Of a DNA stretch of 64,000 bases, positions 55,899 to 64,000 are shown piece by piece (within the stretch, counting starts at the first letter, position 1; each line of letters starts with the position of its first letter). The DNA comes from Octopus sinensis (lineage: Eukaryota). Under the pieces are notes generated by a model. That model did no database searches and was not told where the DNA came from. It saw nothing but the letters and a program-made list of their open reading frames with translations. The DNA is taken from positions 140,988,001 to 141,052,000 of the forward strand of contig NC_042997.1 of assembly GCF_006345805.1 (NCBI RefSeq). Reading direction: 5' to 3'. The position numbers were made by a program, and so were the translations under genes.

Positions 55899-57989
55899 TT
55901 TCTATCAATATTGCTTCTGTCGCTATTAATTACTTTTTAATGATACTACATGTCAATTGCATTGACCTCAGTATCTGATTGGTATTTCATTTCATCACCC
56001 AAAAGAGATGAAAGGAAAAGTTGGCTTAGATGGAATTTGAACTCAGATCATTAAGAGCTGAACTAAATGCCGCTAAGCATTTTATCGCACGCGCTAATGA
56101 TTCTACCAGCTTGCCGCTTTAACTATATTATTGTTGTGGCAAGTGTCCTTGTATGCCCCCTTCTTTGTTTGGGCCCTTGTGGCTAATAAAGAAAAAGAGT
56201 CATTGACACCCTGGAGGATTGGTAGAATGGACTAGCCGAACACTTATAAAGAGTAGTAGTCGAGTAGAGATTATTTTCGTATAACGAAGTACATCGTTAA
56301 TTCTTTATTAGGCCTGGAAGACAGAGTGGACGGCACAAGGACAAACAGAATAAAGGTGAAATTATATAAAATAAAGGTGAAATGGCTACTCGAACCCCAC
56401 TCTCGAGTGGTTACATTTAACTGTTTTTGTTTTCAGTTTTTATTAAATTTTCCTCATCAAAAATTTTACTTACTGTATTTTCTGGTTCAGATACTGTATT
56501 ATGTCTTTGTAATTCACGACGAGAGGTAGGGTTTCGTATTCTACCTCCGCTACTAACGAGTCAGTTAGGGAACCAAATCTTTATTTTAATTTTGTATATT
56601 TCTCTCTGTCGATTAATATGCATTTGGCGTGTTCTGGTTTCGCCTCAGCCGGTAATCTCACTCTGATTACCGACTTAATCTTGGTAATCATGCGTTCGAT
56701 TGCCGTGCTTTTGGCGTATGTCACATAATGTGAGCCTTGTGTTTTGGGGGATTTTGTGGGTCTGTGTGTTTTCTCGCGAAGTACGTCGTATGAATACATT
56801 TATTAAACCTCCGCTGTATAATTTATCTATACAAACCTGTGGCAGGATATAAAAGTGGCGACGAGATATTCGAAGCTTGCGTAGGACGCTTTAATTTTTT
56901 TTTGGTATTTTTAAGAAAAAATTATTTAACAGGGAAGGCTTGTTGGCTCGCGTGGTACAGTAGTAACAGCAACAGCAGCAGTTACAACTACAAGAGCAAC
57001 AACAACAATACCAACAATTATTGAATGTAATGTTGAAGAAGTCTGAAAATACTTGAGGTTCATTCTCGTAAGACAGAGTAGCAAATTCAATTGGAGAATT
57101 TATTTATAACCCAATATCACCTATCACACAAGGTCAGTTCGCTTTTGGGCACTACTGGTAACGGGTAACCCAGTACACTGGGTTACCTGTTGCATCCACG
57201 GGGACATCGAGAAATTGATGAAATCTGGTAGAGGTTGTGCATTCGTCAGACAAATTGCCACCAGTAAAATACCTATCAAGTCCCGTGAAAAGGCGGCAAG
57301 TCGACAGTAGTTGAGTTATGCTAGTTGTGTTTTGTCCCGTCGCTAGAATGTAGTAAGGGTTCGATTCCCCTGCTCACAGTATATCAGATGCAGCTGTGCA
57401 GTGTTAACCAGCTAGGGGGATGTGATGAAAGAAAAATAAATAAATATATTGGTTTCAAATTTTGGCACAAGGCCAGTGCTTAACTGGTACTTACTTTATC
57501 GACCCAGAAAAGATGAAAGGCAAAATCGACCTAGTCAGAACTTTATGGTATATCACAATTAAAATATTACTAATTAGTTGAATACTCTGTAATTACTTTA
57601 AGAAGGCTATGAAGATGAAAACCCATCAAAACTAGAACTCACACGATTTTAACTTGAGCATTTTATAATCCAAAGAAAATAAAGCAAAAACGAAACACGA
57701 ATTAATGTTAGTTAACCATCGGTGAAATCTAATATTCAACAGTAACACATTCTTCATTCATTTACATAAGTTTTCTGTATATCAAGATAACATTCTCTGT
57801 TGTGCTAAGATATTTTGAGTTGCAAGGTATACGTTCTTCTCTAGCAGTGGTGGTTATTAATCGAGAGTGATAAAACGAAAAATGTTTTGAAAAGGAAAAA
57901 AAGAATCGCTGGTAATTTTAAAAATCGATTCTTGAAATGACTTTCCAGTTTTGGTAGTGATTAAAATACGAGCAAATATGAGAAATTTC

Positions 57990-58064
<75 letters not shown>

Positions 58065-58120
58065 GTGTGTACCTGTCTGTATCTGTGTGTATGTATGATA
58101 TATATATTTGTATATATGGG

Positions 58121-58177
<57 letters not shown>

Positions 58178-59433
58178 GCACAGATATATATTTGTATATG
58201 TATATATATATATGTCTATATATATATGCATATACAAACGTACCTTATACACACATCTAGTTATGTGTGTATGTGGGTGTCTAAGACTGCGCGTGTGCTC
58301 GGGTTTCAGTGCAAACGTTTGGATATGTGTATTATAATAATATTTACATAGGCATAACTCCCTTTTCTCCGCATCAATAAAGGTATTAAATGAATAAGAA
58401 AATTGCAATTTAAAACTGCTTTGTGTCTTTCAACAATAATTTTTCCTCCCTTCACGAGAAACCAGAAAATCCACCTACTCTTTGCATTAGATTTATATCG
58501 ATTACAGTTTCAATTGAGAAACAGTACTGATTTGATGCAATAAAATTATTTTATTGCGTGGTATCTATTTCCCCTTATTACTGTGAATGAGATTACATTT
58601 TTGATTTCTCATCATTACTAATCTATATTTTGCTTGATAAATTGTTTTTAAATCTTGCTGAAATTTCTAGAACTATCCTCTCAGCCTACACAAAGAAGTG
58701 AAGTCTGTTTGTCACTTAAGTTGTCTAAAGCAAGTAGAAATTGTGACATGTTCACGATTGCAGCTAAAGAAATATGGTCTTGGAAGAATGTATATTGATT
58801 TCTTTTGTGACTTGTGCAACCACCTAATAATATAGAAGTGAATAAAACAGCAAATTATCACTTTCATTGTTTACTTTTTATTAAGGACATAAAACGTGTG
58901 AGAGAAGCAAATTATCCTTCGCTGTAGTCAGGGTAACATCGTTAGTGTCATGAAAGTAGGGAGCTACCTTTGAGTCATTGCTATTCCTAGGTTAGCATTG
59001 ATCCGGGTTGCAACTCTTTCAGAAGGGTCGCTGTTATGGGTCAAATAGCAGAGACGGTGTTGTGATTAAGGCATGTGGATCCCAGAACATGTCACGTGGC
59101 ACACCAGTGAATGTACATATCATGATCTCACGTAAACCAATTCCTCTGCGGAGTTTCGCATGGACGGCTGTGGTCACCAGCGCCTATGGCAATGACACAT
59201 GAAGATATATGTGTGCGTATGCGTGTGAATGTGTGCATTTATATATATTCTATTTATCAACACACACGCATATATTTATTTATATGTATGTATATATATG
59301 TAATTAAGAGAAATAACCTCTATTAAGCAATTCAGTAGTGAAAGACATTATCAATATTGTGTAGAAAACATTTAAATATACTATAATAAATATTATTTAA
59401 AAAATCAATAAATTAAATAAACAATTAAATAAA

Positions 59434-59551
59434 TTGACTACGCGCGTTTCGTGACTATATCTTTAAATCGATAATAGTAAAATCGATACTATCAAAATTA
59501 ATTCGATTTAAAATAAATTCGATTTAAAAATATAGCCACTCCTCAGGGCTA
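59434..59551 (-). ncRNA. Type I hammerhead ribozyme with ~20-bp stem II, in a PLE-type repeat
   Basis: CUGAGGA-GUGGCUAUAUUUUUAAAUCG..CGAUUUAAAGAUAUAGUCAC-GAA-ACGCGCGU-A; stem I is mismatched. Confidence 0.75.
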
Positions 59552-60104
59552 AAATAATAAAATAAATGTATGTATCTTAACATATAAGAATTAACAAATA
59601 AATATAGAAATATATGTTTCGTAACAATAAATAATCTAATAAAATTTAACAATATTAATGAAAAATAAAATCATAACTTATCTTATTGAAGAATACCATT
59701 TAACTGAAATTTTAAACGTTAAACTTAGAACCTATTAATGAGCTGCGACATCACTGGTGCCAAGCTGTTGAGGAATCCAGACCTGAAGATTGGGAGTATG
59801 TCGACCCGAGTAAGTATTGAAACTAGATACCTCGTATCTAATCAATACCGATTACTTTCATGAAACACATGTAGTCTTATAAACGGAAAATACAGGATTC
59901 AGAATAGATATAGTTAGAATAAGATTTAATTTTTAACATTTTATTGGAGTGGTCGGGTATAAAATCTTTCAGTGTTGATTGAGGTGAAGGTGGTTCTGTC
60001 TCTAAAATTACTTTTATATATACGAATTAAACATTGAGAGATGTTCATTATAGTACATCTAATTTGAATGTCTTTTTCCTGTGTACTCGGAAGTAATATT
60101 CCCT

Positions 60105-60159
<55 letters not shown>

Positions 60160-60162
60160 TAT

Positions 60163-60445
60163 CAGAGACCCCTTCGGTCACGAATGACCATGGAATTGCA
60201 CCTAGAAAGTTAATCTCCGAGGCGCAAGTCTGGGCAAAGTTGTTTATGGAAGACCAGCAGTCGCCCAGGCATACCATCCTCCCCTCTCCATGCCACCGAT
60301 GTCCTCCAAAGGAAAGGTAAAGGCCGATACAGCTCAGCACCAGTGACGTCGCAACTCATTTCTATAGCTGAGGGAACTGGAGCAACGTGAAATAAAGTGT
60401 GTTGCTGAAAAACACAACACACAGCTCTAACCACTGAGCCATTCG
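60163..60445 (-). mobile_element. tRNA-derived SINE (family of 51740-52055)
   Basis: Reverse-complement homology; head tggctcagtggttagagc on the minus strand. Confidence 0.8.
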
Positions 60446-60497
60446 CCTTCACACACACACACGCACACATGCACACACGCACACACACACACACACA

Positions 60498-60543
<46 letters not shown>

Positions 60544-60937
60544 CAGGGACGAGCCGCCTCGGCAGGCAGTACCTACCTAGAATAAAACATCGATAGCAAC
60601 ATTTTCCATTTATCGCAAAATATCGACCAAATTCAATAAAAATGTGATGGTTACTCTAATTACTTTGCATAAAATGGAAAATATCTTATTTTTTTAAAAA
60701 TTAGGTAGGCATAATTCGCACTTGCTTTTCAATCTCAGTGTTTAAACTACGCATAGTATTGGTGTAGTACATGTGCTGCGTACATTCCTACAAAACCATT
60801 TTCTTTACGTGCTATAAAGGCAGAAGTAAATCTGCCTTCAGCTCTATCACGCGCCTGTTTCGTTTACCTTTTGTGTGTATTCCTATATAAAGGTCACCAA
60901 ATGCCTACCCTGAGTAATTACTGACGGCAAGTGCCTG
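60544..60937. mobile_element. Possible MITE
   Basis: Imperfect ends CAGGGACGAGCCGCC / GACGGCAAGTGCCTG between microsatellites. Confidence 0.35.
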
Positions 60938-61000
<63 letters not shown>

Positions 61001-61742
61001 CCGGGTGCGATGAACATGTTTTCTAAATAACGTAAAATGAAACTAACACTGACATCTCATCTTCGACAACGGCTTCCATACGACTTCGGAAAGACCTGCA
61101 ACTCTTCTGGACGGCCTTCTTTTTTAAGTTGGTCAATGTCGCCGCAATCCTTGTCTTCAGTTCGTCTTTGGTGTTGCAAGGAGTTTGGTTGGTCTCCCGC
61201 TCAACTACACCCCACACATGGGTTGCAGTCTGGAGAGTTGGGGGGGGGGTAGATGTTAGGGGTGATGTGGTCGCAAAAATTGTCTGACAGCCATGACTGG
61301 GTTTTCCTGCTTGTGTGACACGGCACAGAGTCCTGTTGTTAGAGAGAAGTCACCCTTTTGACCCAGGGCAGAATCCGTGTTGAGTCTCAAGCCATGTGGG
61401 AGGTTGAATGGAGGCATAAAGTCACTATCACTAGCGATCACTCCAAACACCATGATGTTGGCTGGATGTGTGATTTGCATTGATTGCGCAGATTGCACTG
61501 TCCTCAGGTTGACACCCAAGCACACTGAAATGTTCGTATTAGAGCTTCCACCGCTAATGTCAAGTAGTACAGTATGTCGTTTCAAATTTTCTACCAGAGT
61601 GAATTGCGTCATGGTGCTGTTTTTCTCACAGACGGTGCCCAACTTACCCTACTATACTGGGTAGACGAGAAAATCAGATACAAACAATGCATGTGCGCGA
61701 GTTAAAAAATTTTAAATGGCGACAATTTACTCATCGCACCCA

Positions 61743-61743
<1 letters not shown>
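61001..61743 (-). mobile_element. Internally deleted Tc1/mariner transposon
   Basis: TIRs C(C/T)GGGTGCGATGA with TA flanks; HPANIMVFGVIASD..GLRLNTD and SPDCNP..WGVVERETN..FRSRMEAVVE. Confidence 0.85.
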
Positions 61744-61815
<72 letters not shown>

Positions 61816-61862
61816 CATATATATTTATATACACATATATATTATATATATATATACATATA

Positions 61863-61897
<35 letters not shown>

Positions 61898-61987
61898 CAT
61901 ATATATAATATATATATACATATATCTAATATGTATATACATATATATTATATATATATATATTTATATACATATATATTATATATA

Positions 61988-62027
<40 letters not shown>

Positions 62028-62106
62028 TATATACAAATATACATATATATATGTAGATAGATAGATATGTGTGTATATATGTACAAATATGTATACATGT
62101 ATATAT

Positions 62107-62510
62107 TCTTTTATACTTTTATTCTTTTATTTGTTTCAGTCATTTGACTGCGGCGATGCTGGAGCACCGCGTTTAGTCGAACAAATAGACCCCCAGGACT
62201 TATTCTTTGTAAGCCTAGTACTTATTCTATTGGTGTTTTTTGCCGAACCGCTAAGTTACGGGACGTAAACACACCAGCATCGGTTGTCAAGCGATGGTGG
62301 GGCGACAAACACAGACACACAAACATATACATATACATATATATATATACCATGAGCTTATTTCAGTTTCCGTGTTCCAAATCCTCTCACAAGGCTTTGG
62401 TTGGTCCGAGGCTATAGTAGAAGACACTTGACCAAGGTGCCACTCAATGGATCTGAACCAGTAACCTTGTGGTTGGTAAGAAAGCTACTTACCACACAGC
62501 CACGCATGCG
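62107..62510 (-). mobile_element. Bipartite SINE
   Basis: Homologous to 29885-30372. Confidence 0.8.
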
Positions 62511-63381
62511 CCTAACTTGATATACTTATTACCAGTGAGCATATTTCTTACTCCAGCGATATAAATATTAATAAAATGTGCACAAACCTGTTTTTCTCGT
62601 GGAAAGAACACATTATCTATACACATTATATAAACGGTCTAACGATGAAAGATTGTCCTGAACGCTCGCTGAGGTTGCTAAAAATAACAACGAAATATCA
62701 CCCTATGTTACAAAGACATGGAATATCAAAAATACAATTCTGTTTACATTGTGCTTAGAAAAATGGGATGGTTTCGCCCAGAAAAAGCTTTGATCATAGT
62801 TCGGATAAAACAGAGCTGATCTGCAGATATTAATAACTAGCTTTTCAAAAAGGTTTGGTATATTTATCTTTGTCGGATAGGTAGGTAAATAAGTAGACGG
62901 TTGTAAAGAGGAATATATGTTTAGGAGCAGACATAGATAGAAAGAAAAATCTATTGACCGTTGATATACGAATGGATAGAATGAATAATAAATTGATACA
63001 GGAGGATAGCAAAAGATGTTTTAGAATGAAAGCGAAAGGTTATGAGATTTCAATGCAATACGTGTGACAGAGAAAGACGTTTATTTTAAAATTCTTTTTC
63101 TAGCTTCAGTTATTGAACTTTAGCTATGTTGTGTTATCGCCCCTTCGGGTTTTAGTATTTTCTGCACTGATTTTGAACCCAAACTTGGAGACACTCTTTT
63201 AAGATGGCAAATTAATTGAACTAATCCATCCTTGATTCCTTCTGTTCATCTATGTCAGTAAATCTAAAAATTACTTAGCTCCACCTGCAACAGCATGGTT
63301 TTCAAGGCCATCATTCACGATTCACGCCAGGAAATTGTTGAAGATACTGGCGGAAAGAAACGCATCAGCTCTGGTTGTGTG

Positions 63382-63680
63382 GAGGCACATGGCCTAATGG
63401 TTAGAGCAGCGGACTAGCGGTCGGGGGCTCGCGGGTTCGAATCTCAGACCGGGTGATGTGTTTGTTTTTGAGCAAAACACCTAAGCACCACGCGGCTCCG
63501 GCAGAAGGTAATGGCAAACTTCTGCTGACTCTTTCGCCACAACTTTCTCTCACTCTTTCCTCCTGCATCTTGCAGCTCACCTGCGACGGACCGGCGTCCC
63601 GTCCAGGTGGGGAACCTATGCGACACGGAAACCGGGAAACCGGCCCTTATGAGCCAGGCATGGCTCGAGAAGGAACAAAC
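63382..63680 (+). mobile_element. tRNA-derived SINE
   Basis: A-box tggcctaatgg and B-box ggttcgaatct; related to 23284-23602. Confidence 0.8.
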
Positions 63681-64000
63681 ATCAGCTCTAGTGGATTCCT
63701 AAGTTGATGCAGAATTACATCGTAATGGTGCTTTGTGCGTGTTTTACACTTGTTGCTTTGATATGAAATTGATATAAAATAAGTCGAATTCTGTTCCACG
63801 ACGAATTTCACGAATAGAGCATCACGCAAGGATTTATCTTTATCTCTTATTTGTTTCAGTCATTAGACTGCGGCCAAGCTGGAGCCCGATTTTGCAGATA
63901 TTTAGTCGAACGAAGCGACCCAAGTACTTACATTTTTAAACCTGGTATTTATTCTATCGATATCTTTTGCCGAAGCGCTAGGCTAACGTGACATAAACAC

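Noticed and set aside
57164-57187. 11-bp hairpin GGTAACCCAGT-AC-ACTGGGTTACC
   Set aside because: Isolated, with no supporting context; a bacterial-type terminator is irrelevant here.
63382-63452. tRNA gene candidates (also 51740 and 23284)
   Set aside because: No complete cloverleaf; they continue into repeated SINE bodies.

Overview
AT-rich, repeat-saturated eukaryotic intergenic or intronic DNA. The SINE and microsatellite repertoire looks like an octopus (coleoid cephalopod) genome, which is an inference. I see no intact host gene, and nearly all ORFs in the track are microsatellite translations. The window holds (TA)n, (CA)n, (CATA)n and (ATT)n microsatellites, several SINE families, decayed LINE fragments (R4/Dong-like, RTE, CR1/L2, Tx1/L1, CRE), Tc1/mariner remnants and MITEs, and a Helentron-type HINE. 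The most notable signal is a set of Penelope-like-element (PLE) terminal repeats sitting in (TA)n tracts. Four of them are long, near-perfect fold-back palindromes. At least five hammerhead ribozyme (HHR) motifs with an intact core and a self-complementary stem III are readable by eye, plus several degenerate or half motifs. One HHR lies inside a ~355-bp directly repeated, retrozyme-like unit. Coordinates were read by eye and repeat boundaries are approximate.
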